29,370 nucleotides of DNA from Pseudobacteriovorax sp. (GCA_050293845.1 JBNKNM010000051.1:1-29370); one strand, 5' to 3'. Counted from the first letter of the stretch, positions 1 to 9,097 are shown. A program made the numbers and translations. The notes: generated from the sequence alone by a model not told the origin.

Positions 1-1
1 T

Positions 2-619
2 CCTCATTTAGCCACAAATGATATCTTTGATTGGCTTGGCAAAAACCTTACGCAAAGGATTCTAGCTATACTTGAGTCTGAAGGTGTTACGGACAAACCT
101 AAAATCCTAGGGGAAGTACACCCGCAGGCTATCATAGAGGGAGCTGTATATATTGCTAAAGGAGCAAAAGTCGGTCCGGCAGCTTACATTTGTGGTCCGA
201 GCTACATAGGACCTGAATGTGAGGTACGACACGGTGCTTTTATACGTGGCAGCGTCTATGCTGCCCGCAAAGCAATCATTGGCCATACTACAGAAGTCAA
301 GGGTTCTCTTTTTGGTGAGGAAGCTAAAGCCGGGCATTTCGCTTATGTTGGCGACTCCTTGCTAGGGGATCATACTAACCTTGGTGCAGGCACCAAGTTG
401 GCTAATCTTAAACTCAGGGGAAACGAAGTAAAGGTTTTGCATCCGGAAACAGACGCACTAACACCTTCAGGCCTGCGAAAGCTGGGAGGAATCCTAGGCC
501 ACCATGTGCAAACAGGTTGCAATGCTGTGATATCTCCTGGCTCTATATTGCTACCGCACACCGCAGTCCTACCCTGTGTCCACTTCCATGGAACTCTAAA
601 AAAAGGCTACGCCAAATAG
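2..619 (+). CDS. Hexapeptide-repeat (left-handed beta-helix) acyltransferase resembling the acetyltransferase domain of archaeal-type GlmU; 5'-truncated by the window edge
   Basis: Frame 2 is open from position 2 to the stop at 619; the ORF track shows only 359..619. Manual translation gives GEVHPQAIIEGAVYIAKGAKVGPAAYICGPSYIGPECEVRHGAFIRGSV...GHTTEVKGS...KAGHFAYVGDSLLGDHTNLGAGTKLAN...GLRKLGGILG...TGCNAVISPG, including the GlmU-type H-x-x-Y-V-G-D-S and NLGAGT motifs. Confidence 0.8.
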   Translation, partial: PHLATNDIFDWLGKNLTQRILAILESEGVTDKPKILGEVHPQAIIEGAVYIAKGAKVGPAAYICGPSYIGPECEVRHGAFIRGSVYAARKAIIGHTTEVKGSLFGEEAKAGHFAYVGDSLLGDHTNLGAGTKLANLKLRGNEVKVLHPETDALTPSGLRKLGGILGHHVQTGCNAVISPGSILLPHTAVLPCVHFHGTLKKGYAK

Positions 620-676
620 TATTCAGTTTTGATCACGCAACATGTTATCCTAAAAGAAAAATTTTATAGGTAACGC

Positions 677-1375
677 ATGGTTAAATACGAAAAAAAATCA
701 ATGGAAAAGCTTCAAGAAGAGGCCGAAGAAGGGAGTTCTGAAGCCCAATCAGCCCTGGGGCTGCTGAACGAGCTTGGTCTGATGTATAGTGACTCTACCA
801 TGAACTTTCTCGAAGCGCTTCAGTGGTACGAAGAAGCGGCAAAAGGGGGTGATTACTTAGCTGCACTATCTGCAGCAACGATTTATAAAGTCGGAGCCCC
901 AGGGATAGAACCAAGCTCTGAAAAGGCGGAGTTTTATTTCAACATAGCTGCTAAACTTGGTTTTGATAAACCTGAAAATCGTATCGAAGTGGGAAATAAG
1001 GCTACTATTGCTGGAAAAAAAGTGCTCATTATTGACCACCCTGGTCCCCAACGCAACCAAATGCACCAAGAACTTATATCCTTCGGGTTTAATCCTATCG
1101 ATGCGGATGGATTGGCTGCAGCACAAGGTAGCTTTTTAAAATACCAAGATATTCACTGTATCTTTGTCGATCTTGATATTTCAAAACCAAATCCTATAAC
1201 GCTATTGGAAGGAATACGCAAGATTCGCTTAGCCAAAGAACTGCCTATCGTTGTAGTCACGACCATCACTGACGTTCAAGTGATCAAACTAGCAAGAAAA
1301 CACAATATTAGTGGTTGGCTTTTAAAGCCAGTTAAGGATAAATTGGTAGGCAAAGCTGCACGACGACTTGCTTAG
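677..1375 (+). CDS. Sel1-like repeat protein fused to a C-terminal response-regulator receiver domain
   Basis: N-terminal Sel1 signatures: AEEGSSEAQSALG...EALQWYEEAAKGGDYLAA and EKAEFYFNIAAKLG. C-terminal REC fold: KKVLIID, IHCIFVDLDI (phosphoacceptor Asp), PIVVVT, GWLLKPV. SD-like AGGT upstream. Confidence 0.8.
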   Translation: MVKYEKKSMEKLQEEAEEGSSEAQSALGLLNELGLMYSDSTMNFLEALQWYEEAAKGGDYLAALSAATIYKVGAPGIEPSSEKAEFYFNIAAKLGFDKPENRIEVGNKATIAGKKVLIIDHPGPQRNQMHQELISFGFNPIDADGLAAAQGSFLKYQDIHCIFVDLDISKPNPITLLEGIRKIRLAKELPIVVVTTITDVQVIKLARKHNISGWLLKPVKDKLVGKAARRLA

Positions 1376-1385
1376 GGGATTAAGT

Positions 1386-1994
1386 TTGACCCAAAAGATC
1401 ACCCATCAACCGGCAGAGCGGAATAAAGACCCTATTTTCAGGGTGATGTCCCCTTTCCTGCCCCACGCTTCAGTCCTAGAAATTGCTTCGGGTTCAGGCC
1501 AGCATGGTAGCTATATTTGCAGTAAGGACCCGTCGGTTATTTGGCAGCCATCTGATATTACTTCTGAAAATATTACTTCCATCGATTTTTGGGGCCAGGA
1601 ATACCAATTGACCAACCTCAAACCCGCGATTACCTTAGACTGCCTCCAGCCAGAAACTTGGCCTGATAGACAATATGACCTTATTGTAAATATTAATATG
1701 ATCCATATTAGCCCTTGGGAAGCGACTGTTGGACTCTTTACCTGCGCCAATAGGTTGCTCGCAGCTCAGGGAAAGCTGTTTACCTATGGGCCTTACTTTC
1801 AAAGAAATACCAGCCCTGCTCCGAGTAATATACAATTCGATCAATGGCTTAAAAACCAAGATCCCCGTTGGGGAGTCCGGTTTTTAGAAGAGGTGGTTTT
1901 GCTAGGGGAAAGCTATAATTTTCAACCGCAAAAAGTGGTCCCCATGCCAGCCAATAACCTTGCTATCATTTTTTCTAAGATTGAGCGCTGTTAA
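1386..1994 (+). CDS. DUF938 family class I SAM-dependent methyltransferase (METTL26-like)
   Basis: Motifs AERNKDPI, VLEIASGSGQH, WQPSD, NINMIHISPW, YGPY, SNIQFDQWLK, WGVR, MPANN. TTG at 1386 after GGGGA is preferred over 1368 because it avoids overlap with the upstream gene. Confidence 0.85.
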   Translation: MTQKITHQPAERNKDPIFRVMSPFLPHASVLEIASGSGQHGSYICSKDPSVIWQPSDITSENITSIDFWGQEYQLTNLKPAITLDCLQPETWPDRQYDLIVNINMIHISPWEATVGLFTCANRLLAAQGKLFTYGPYFQRNTSPAPSNIQFDQWLKNQDPRWGVRFLEEVVLLGESYNFQPQKVVPMPANNLAIIFSKIERC

Positions 1995-2215
1995 TAGCCA
2001 GAATGATCCTGTTTTTAAGGGCTTAGAAAATTTAAACATCAATCATACATTGGGTTCATACCAACGCAAGCCCTACTCTGGATTATTTTCACCAAAGATA
2101 TCTATTTGAGAATATTGATATTTCAAAGCAATATTCGAGAAAGTTTAAGATTAACTCCTTGTTTTACCGAACACTTTCCTTAGAGTGCGCATGTACCTGC
2201 TTTAGTGGAAGATAA

Positions 2216-3676
2216 ATGAAGACTTCGATACGCAACAGCATTATAAGACTTGTTATTTTAAGTAGCATGTTAGCTTGTCAGGAAGAACCAGTTGTCAAAG
2301 ATACAACCATTGACAATACGGCAACATATGGTGACTTTGATATCGTTCTGAACAATATAAATGCTTTGGTGCCCCATGGTCTCGGCTTAAGTTCACTGTT
2401 ATCACCGAAATTTTTCTCATCTCAGCCTTTAAAAGTTTCGTCAGCTGAACGTAACTTCGAAGCATGGCAAGAAAAGCTGGAGATAACTCTTTCCACAAGC
2501 TCCCTGGAAGAGTGTAACCAGGCCATGCCCGAGGGGGTTTGGACTGTAGATCCCTTAGACCATATTACCTGCTTTGGACCTGAACTTTCTTATAAAGACC
2601 ACCCGGAATTTGCAACAAATGGGGTTATTCCCAAAAATAAAGTAGGTATGTGGTGGGAATTTGCCGATGTTAATGCTGTAAAAGGTAAATCTTGCAGCGC
2701 GGCAGTTATGAATCGGCTTAATGAACCATCCAACTATATCGGCCAATCTGCTATCGGCTTGGTAGCATGGGGTAGCTGCGCAGCACGTATTCACCGTCAC
2801 CCTTTACCAAAAGCTGGTACCAGCATTGATTTCTTGGAATCGATCGATCCTACATCATGGCAAGAACAGGGCTTTACCATCAATATATTTCAAATTTCTG
2901 CCTCTGATGAAGCTCCTGCGGATCAGGCAATCTTTACGATAGTAATTGAAGGTTTAATGTCACTCGATGGTAATGCTGTACCTTTTTCGACATTAATGAA
3001 GCATCGGCTCAAAGATGAAAAATTTCAAAGCTATTCAGGTTATATCCAAACAGTCATAAACCTTGATGATAATACTCATGTTGCTTACTCCCTGGTCTAT
3101 CAACTGGAAGATGAAGTTTATCGAACAGTAAGTCGACAGATTATCGATGATACCAATAGTGGCAACTATTTCTCGGACCAAACCAAACTGATAGACAACA
3201 GTTTCTATGACAAGCAGTTTCGCTGGATTGAAATATCTAGCCAATGGACCCCAGATTTAAATCATAGACAGACTATCCTCTGGAAAGATCATTTCAATAT
3301 GATTTTAAATGGAAACACAGATAGCGAAGGGAATGGTTCCGTATATTTCGGCTATAGCGATAGCAATCCTGATGCTGATACTTATGGCAAAATAGAAGGT
3401 ATGGCTTGCTTTCCAGACGAAACCAATGGTTTTCAACTACTTCCTAAAACCCAACGTCAGCTTTTGCAAAGTAACAGTACATCTGGTTTATGGGAAGTTA
3501 ACACTTCCGACATTGTTTTTGTACCAACAAATAGCTGCGATGTCAGTTACGTCATAGCCTTTCCTGGCTCAAAAAACCATTACACCAAGATAGTAAATGG
3601 TCCCATCAGCAACAATTTATTCGACATCGAAACATACAACAAACAATGGTTGAGCCCTTCGCATCCAACTTATTAA
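2216..3676 (+). CDS. Hypothetical lipoprotein (486 aa)
   Basis: Long ORF with basic N-terminus, hydrophobic stretch and lipobox-like MLA-C21; six further Cys; no family recognised. Confidence 0.7.
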   Translation: MKTSIRNSIIRLVILSSMLACQEEPVVKDTTIDNTATYGDFDIVLNNINALVPHGLGLSSLLSPKFFSSQPLKVSSAERNFEAWQEKLEITLSTSSLEECNQAMPEGVWTVDPLDHITCFGPELSYKDHPEFATNGVIPKNKVGMWWEFADVNAVKGKSCSAAVMNRLNEPSNYIGQSAIGLVAWGSCAARIHRHPLPKAGTSIDFLESIDPTSWQEQGFTINIFQISASDEAPADQAIFTIVIEGLMSLDGNAVPFSTLMKHRLKDEKFQSYSGYIQTVINLDDNTHVAYSLVYQLEDEVYRTVSRQIIDDTNSGNYFSDQTKLIDNSFYDKQFRWIEISSQWTPDLNHRQTILWKDHFNMILNGNTDSEGNGSVYFGYSDSNPDADTYGKIEGMACFPDETNGFQLLPKTQRQLLQSNSTSGLWEVNTSDIVFVPTNSCDVSYVIAFPGSKNHYTKIVNGPISNNLFDIETYNKQWLSPSHPTY

Positions 3677-3811
3677 AACTTGCCATCTATACAACAGCAT
3701 CATGTCTCTTATCGACCATGGCAAGCTAAAAAATTTTCGCCATAAGAATAAGGCTTATAGGCGGTAATATTTTCCTATCAACTAAGGATATAATAAGAAA
3801 AAACGTCGATA

Positions 3812-5059
3812 ATGTTCGCTGTGAAACAATTCATTCTACAAATTCTTTCCATATTCGTACCAACAATAAATGTTATAGGTGCACCGCTACTTATTTCCTC
3901 TGATGAAAAGAATTTCCGGATCCCCTTAAACCAATTCGAAGTTGAAATTGAGTGGTACCAAGAAGAGTCTGTGCCTTTATATATTACAATTTCGCAAGAT
4001 TCATTAACATGGAAAAAGTTTGATAGCGGCAACAGATTGCCACAACTCATACTTTCCATCCATATAGACGATCCTAGTAATATTCACCTCACCTATAAAG
4101 AGAATTCATATATACCTGAAATAAAAGATCAAAAACACATATTCTTAACGGTCGACGTATTTTCTAACGATAAAGTAAACATCCTAAAAGATGGAAGAAA
4201 GCTTGGCTACATAACCGTCAGCCCCAACCCTAATTACTTCAAACATAGATATGTCTATGTCGATCATAGCTGTTCACCATTTAACATTAATCTAGGACAA
4301 ACTAAGGATCTTTTCACATCGATTAGCTGCCATTTCTATCCAAATAAAAAACGCAAAGGAATCTTAGATATTTCCCTTTTACCTGCAGAAAGCCGACTTT
4401 CTGATAATAGCAATCCCCCCTATACAGTCCAGCTTACCGGCGACGCTAAATCAGAGGCTCGTTTAAAGAAAGATGACGAAAAATTTATTTTTGAAATAAA
4501 GGCGAACGTTCCTAAGTACATCCCTCAATTAAAGATTGCATTAGGTTATGGACCCTATTTTTTAAAGGCCATAGATGAAGAGAAGAAATCAAAAAATCAT
4601 CTTACGGCTGCCTACATGATCTACGGGAAATACGACCTAAGCAGCACTACCTCTATTAGATTTTTCAACGCTCTTCTTAACTCAGGAACTTTATTTAATA
4701 ACCTTGGTAGCTATTTTGCTTATGAGGTGGGATCAACAAAAAACAGAAGACTTTCTATCGTTCCGTTGCTTGGTTTTCAGGGTATTTCATTTCGAAAAAA
4801 TAAAGACGACAGCATATTCACTCATGTCATCTTCCCCCAGGGTGGAGAGTTAGTTTATCGTCATGCGTTTGGCTTTAGAAATTATCACTTAATTTATGGA
4901 ATGTTTGTTTCAACAATTGAGAACGTCGGATATGAAAATATTTGGCTCAGGTTTGGAAAGAAAATTTTTTGGGAAATTAACTTGATCAACTGGAACTTTG
5001 AAGGCCGGCAGACAAGAATGTGGGGGCTTTCAGTTGGAGTGCCTTTCCTTTCAATCTAG
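3812..5059 (+). CDS. Hypothetical exported protein, probable C-terminal outer-membrane beta-barrel
   Basis: Hydrophobic N-terminus. The C-terminal ~180 aa has alternating aromatic/hydrophobic strands (IALGYGPY, YMIYGKYDL, LGSYFAYEV, GGELVYRHAF, NIWLRFGK, FWEINLINW, MWGLSVGVPF). The exact start is uncertain. Confidence 0.65.
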   Translation: MFAVKQFILQILSIFVPTINVIGAPLLISSDEKNFRIPLNQFEVEIEWYQEESVPLYITISQDSLTWKKFDSGNRLPQLILSIHIDDPSNIHLTYKENSYIPEIKDQKHIFLTVDVFSNDKVNILKDGRKLGYITVSPNPNYFKHRYVYVDHSCSPFNINLGQTKDLFTSISCHFYPNKKRKGILDISLLPAESRLSDNSNPPYTVQLTGDAKSEARLKKDDEKFIFEIKANVPKYIPQLKIALGYGPYFLKAIDEEKKSKNHLTAAYMIYGKYDLSSTTSIRFFNALLNSGTLFNNLGSYFAYEVGSTKNRRLSIVPLLGFQGISFRKNKDDSIFTHVIFPQGGELVYRHAFGFRNYHLIYGMFVSTIENVGYENIWLRFGKKIFWEINLINWNFEGRQTRMWGLSVGVPFLSI

Positions 5060-5085
5060 CAACTTGCATTGTAGCTTTCATACTT

Positions 5086-5104
5086 GACTCACAGGCTGTG
5101 AGTC
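5086..5104. other. Short perfect inverted repeat between convergent genes (possible terminator or stabilising hairpin)
   Basis: GACTCACA-GGC-TGTGAGTC; no clear U-tract on either strand. Confidence 0.3.
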
Positions 5105-5179
5105 CCCCCAACCTCAAGTGTCTGGTGCATTTAAGCATAGGTGATATCCTCTCTCGACTGAAGTCGAAATGGCCATCTG

Positions 5180-6220
5180 TCAGTTCCTGGTTTGCTGCTC
5201 AAGCTGCGCAAGTCGCGCCTCCAGTTCCTTGATTTTCTTTTCGTACTCACCCATTTTTTTTGTATGAATCAATCCGCGACGCCACTGCATCGCTGGTACC
5301 GCTGGAAACCCCATTATGGTTTGCTGGGGATCAACTGAACTGATGACGCCTGCTTTAGCTCCGATCTTGACGCCATCACCTATCTTGATATGCCCGGCAA
5401 TGGCTGCCTGACCTCCGGCTAACACCCCATTACCAACATAAGCGCTGCCACCTACCGCCGTCATAGCTGAAAACATACAATGTTCACCAATTTTAGCGTT
5501 ATGGCCGATGTGGACTTTGCTATCGAACTTAGTGCCACCTTTGATATGGGTCTCTCCCATGGTAGCCCGATCAATAGTACAGCAGCCGCCCAATTCCACA
5601 TGGTCTTCGATACGAACAATCCCCATTTGAGGGATTTTTTCAATGGTGCCTTCTCCTACCGCAAAACCAAATCCATCAGCTCCTATGACACAACCTGCGT
5701 GGATGAGATTATGACTACCAATAATGCAGCGCTCCCCGATAACAGTGTTAGCATGGATAACAGTATCCTCACCTACGCTGGCTTGTTTGCCAATAAAGAC
5801 GCCAGGATAAAGCACTGCACGATCGCCGATCTCAGCATCAGCGGCTATACAGGCAAAGGGGTAAACGGTAACATCCTTGCCAATTTTTGCGGTGGGATCA
5901 ATAAAAGCTTTATCGCTGACTGAACGCGGACCATGATCTACTTGGTAAAATAGATTAGAAATTTTAGCGAAAGCAAAGTGAGGATCTTTATGGATAATCT
6001 GGGGTAAGGGACAATTATCAAGAGGAGAGCGGGTGATGACCGCACTAGCTTGGGTACTATTCAGGTGCTCCGCGTACTTAATATTCGCAAGAAAGGTAAG
6101 TTCTCCTTCCTGAGCTTGATCAATGGGAGCGACACCATAAATCAGGATCGATGTAGGATCTTCATTGCCAGGACATAGCAACTCTACCTGCAAATATTGT
6201 GAGAGTTCTTGCAAATTCAT
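5180..6220 (-). CDS. lpxD: UDP-3-O-(3-hydroxyacyl)glucosamine N-acyltransferase
   Basis: N-terminal uridine-binding domain (GVAPIDQAQEGELTFLANIKY...DPHFAFAKI), hexapeptide repeats, IGADGFGF, KIPQMGIV, TIDRATMGET, VHIGHN (catalytic His), MGFPAVP and a C-terminal helical tail. Confidence 0.95.
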   Translation of the reverse strand: MNLQELSQYLQVELLCPGNEDPTSILIYGVAPIDQAQEGELTFLANIKYAEHLNSTQASAVITRSPLDNCPLPQIIHKDPHFAFAKISNLFYQVDHGPRSVSDKAFIDPTAKIGKDVTVYPFACIAADAEIGDRAVLYPGVFIGKQASVGEDTVIHANTVIGERCIIGSHNLIHAGCVIGADGFGFAVGEGTIEKIPQMGIVRIEDHVELGGCCTIDRATMGETHIKGGTKFDSKVHIGHNAKIGEHCMFSAMTAVGGSAYVGNGVLAGGQAAIAGHIKIGDGVKIGAKAGVISSVDPQQTIMGFPAVPAMQWRRGLIHTKKMGEYEKKIKELEARLAQLEQQTRN

Positions 6221-6270
6221 ATTAGTATACCTTCTTCAGGGGACGAACAACCTTCCTTAAATGCAAAACC

Positions 6271-7659
6271 TTAACGCTTTACAAAAGCCAGTGCGAGATC
6301 TTCTGCCACACCCACATAAGTTTTTGGGCTAAGCTCGAGTAATCTCTTTTTAACATCTTGGGGAATTTCATCACATTCCCGAATAATCGTTTTAATGGCT
6401 TCTTCGGTCACAGCCTGTCCCCGTGTGGCCGCTTTTAATCTTTCGTAGGCGTCAACAACCCCGTAGCGTCGCATTACGGTTTGGACAGGTTCGGCCAGAA
6501 CTTCCCAGGCGTGATCCAAATCTTCGACAAACCTGTTCTCACTGACCTCAATTTTATCAAGTCCCTTGAGCAAAGAGCGATAAGCAATTAAGCAATGGCC
6601 AAACACGGTTCCTAGAACCCTTTGCACCGTTGAATCGCTCAGGTCCCGTTGCCAGCGCGAAATGGGCAACTTATCTGCCAAATGAGTAATAAGACCATTA
6701 GCGATTCCCAAATTGCCCTCAGCATTTTCAAAGTCGATGGGATTGACCTTATGAGGCATGGTTGACGAACCTACCTCTCCTGCCTTTGACTGCTGCTTAA
6801 AGTAACCAATCGAGATATATGACCAGATATCCCGTGTAAATCCAATCAGTATGGTGTTGAAGTGCTTAATAATTTCGCAAAACTCTACCATGCTATCATG
6901 ATTCTCGATCTGAGTCGTTAATGGGTTTTGTTTAAGTCCGCATCGACCTTCAATGAATCGTCGGCTTAACTGGGGCCAATCAACAGTGGGATAAGTGGTG
7001 ACATGAGCGTTATAATTGCCAACAGCCCCGCTCATTTTACCTTCTAATTGTAAATTAAGAAGTTTCTTATGCTGTCGTTCCAAACGATGGGCAAAAACCG
7101 CGAGTTCTTTCCCTAAAGTTGTTGGTGAGGCTGTCTGACCATGGGTCCGTGACAGCATGGGGAGATGGGCAAACTGAACAATTTTTTGCCCCAAATCGGC
7201 CAAAATACGATCCCACAATGGGAGTATGGCTTGTTCGCGGCAATCCCTTAGCATCATAGCGTAGGAAAGGTTGTTGATATCCTCTGAAGTACAAGCAAAA
7301 TGAATAAAAGCCAGCTGAGCATCTGTGGCTCCCGATTCTCGCAACACGTCACGCAGGTAGTATTCGACTGCTTTAACATCGTGATTCGTTTTCGATTCGT
7401 AGGCTTTAACTTTACCGCACGCCTCTGATGGGGGAGCTTTAACCAGATTTTCCAAGGTGTTTTTTAGCACCTCTGAGAAGGTCAGGTCTTGGCGAATAAT
7501 GGGATCTTCTGCCAAGTGCAATAACCAAGCTGCTTCGACGCGAATCCGATGTGCTATCAATCCTGCCTCGCTACAAATGGCAGCCAGCTCTTCTACCTTG
7601 CTGCGATAGCGACCATCAACTGCGGAAATGGCAAATAGTTGGTTTTCAAGTGAGTTCAC
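6271..7659 (-). CDS. purB: Adenylosuccinate lyase
   Basis: SAVDGRY, TNHDVKAVEY, HFACTSEDINN, MLSRTHGQTASPTT, GSSTMPHKVNPIDFENAEGN, SRWQRDLSDSTV; GTG start with AGAGGT SD. Confidence 0.97.
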   Translation of the reverse strand: MNSLENQLFAISAVDGRYRSKVEELAAICSEAGLIAHRIRVEAAWLLHLAEDPIIRQDLTFSEVLKNTLENLVKAPPSEACGKVKAYESKTNHDVKAVEYYLRDVLRESGATDAQLAFIHFACTSEDINNLSYAMMLRDCREQAILPLWDRILADLGQKIVQFAHLPMLSRTHGQTASPTTLGKELAVFAHRLERQHKKLLNLQLEGKMSGAVGNYNAHVTTYPTVDWPQLSRRFIEGRCGLKQNPLTTQIENHDSMVEFCEIIKHFNTILIGFTRDIWSYISIGYFKQQSKAGEVGSSTMPHKVNPIDFENAEGNLGIANGLITHLADKLPISRWQRDLSDSTVQRVLGTVFGHCLIAYRSLLKGLDKIEVSENRFVEDLDHAWEVLAEPVQTVMRRYGVVDAYERLKAATRGQAVTEEAIKTIIRECDEIPQDVKKRLLELSPKTYVGVAEDLALAFVKR

Positions 7660-7837
7660 AGGGGGTACCTCTTTTAATTATATTGGCCGGAAATAGGTTC
7701 TTCAGCGGCAATTCTAACGAGGCTGGTATATCATGAGGAATTCCGGAGTTCCAGTGGACAGAGTGGAAAACATACGATAAATAAGGCAACGGCGTGGGAA
7801 CCTGAAAAAATTCTAACCAATTTAGAGGACCAAAGTT

Positions 7838-9097
7838 ATGGGCAATGTAACCATCATTGTAGGAGCCCAATGGGGTGACGAAGGCAAAGGGAAATGGATA
7901 GACATTTTGGCAGACAATGCTGACATCGTCGCCCGCTACCAAGGAGGCAATAACGCTGGCCACACCCTGTATGTAGATGGCGAAAAAGTTGTTCTGCATC
8001 AAATTCCAAGCGGAATTTTTCAAGGAAAAATCAGCGTGCTGTCTGCTGGAGTGGTCATTAATCCTAGCCAACTTCTGCAAGAAATTAAAAAGGTATCTCC
8101 TTATTGCACCTTGACACCCAGTTCCCTATGGCTCTCTGCTCGCTCTCACATCATCACACCATGGCATATATACTTAGATAGCAAAACCGAAGAAGAGTCG
8201 GACACCCCCATAGGCACAACCAAGAGAGGCATTGGACCCACCTATGCTGAAAAAGCTAATCGTACAGGCTTAAGACTTGGTGATTATATTGATGTTGACC
8301 GGCGCCGTACGTGGATTCATTTCATGACCAAACGCTTTCCAACCTTTGAGCAGCACCTTAAAGATCATCAAGAACTTTGGGAAGAGTTTCACCAATCTGC
8401 CTCAGCATTAGCAGCTTTTGTCTGCGATGCAGAGACTCGACTACGCCATGAAGTATTTAAGGGTAAGCAACTACTTTTAGAAGGTGCTCAAGGAGCTCTT
8501 TTAGATATCAACCATGGAACCTACCCCTACGTAACCTCAAGCTCTACAGCTGCTGGTGGAGCTTTTGCCAGCATAGGCTTGTCACCCCGAGCGATCAAAA
8601 ACATCTATGGTGTCGCTAAAGCATACCTCACCCGCGTTGGCGAAGGTCCTTTCCCGACGGAACTATTTGATAATGACGGCAAAAATCTAGCTGAGAAGGG
8701 CCGTGAATTTGGTGCCACAACTGGAAGGCCAAGACGCTGCGGTTGGTTAGATGGAGTGGCCCTGAAATATTGTCGCGAGGTCAACGGCATGGATGGCATT
8801 ATTCTAAATAAAATCGATATATTAACGGGATTCGATGAGCTAAAAATCGCGGTAGCCTATGAACATCCGGAACTTGGAGAAATCAAAGATTTTCCCTGGA
8901 ACTTTGCTGTTCTTAACGAATGCAAACCGATATATAAAACTATGGAAGGGTGGCGGGAAGAACTCCCCGATACTGGAAAGATTTCTGATCTACCGCCTGC
9001 AGCATTGGCATATATCGCTGAAATTGAGCGGATTATTGGTGGTCCCATCTCCCATGTGGGGACCGGAGTAAACCGGGGAGACGCGCTATTTCGCTAA
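7838..9097 (+). CDS. purA: Adenylosuccinate synthetase
   Basis: GAQWGDEGKGK, RYQGGNNAGHT, IGTTKRGIGPTY, EGAQGALLD, GTYPYVTSS, TRVGEGPFPTE, EFGATTGRPRRCGWLD; GAGG SD. Confidence 0.97.
   Translation: MGNVTIIVGAQWGDEGKGKWIDILADNADIVARYQGGNNAGHTLYVDGEKVVLHQIPSGIFQGKISVLSAGVVINPSQLLQEIKKVSPYCTLTPSSLWLSARSHIITPWHIYLDSKTEEESDTPIGTTKRGIGPTYAEKANRTGLRLGDYIDVDRRRTWIHFMTKRFPTFEQHLKDHQELWEEFHQSASALAAFVCDAETRLRHEVFKGKQLLLEGAQGALLDINHGTYPYVTSSSTAAGGAFASIGLSPRAIKNIYGVAKAYLTRVGEGPFPTELFDNDGKNLAEKGREFGATTGRPRRCGWLDGVALKYCREVNGMDGIILNKIDILTGFDELKIAVAYEHPELGEIKDFPWNFAVLNECKPIYKTMEGWREELPDTGKISDLPPAALAYIAEIERIIGGPISHVGTGVNRGDALFR

Noticed and set aside
2146..2173. Sigma28-like motif (TTAAG...ACCGAACA) upstream of the 2216 lipoprotein
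   Set aside because: Spacing and the -10 match are both poor.
5020..5923. ORFs 5020..5232, 5461..5643 and 5480..5923
   Set aside because: They overlap lpxD or the end of the 3812 gene in other frames and show no independent coding signal.
7660..7837. Possible purine, ZTP or PRPP riboswitch in the purB/purA spacer
   Set aside because: By eye I could not find the conserved cores of these classes on either strand; an Rfam cmscan would settle it.
7646..8080. 144-aa minus-strand ORF
   Set aside because: Mostly antisense to purA and crossing the promoter region; no motifs; typical shadow ORF.
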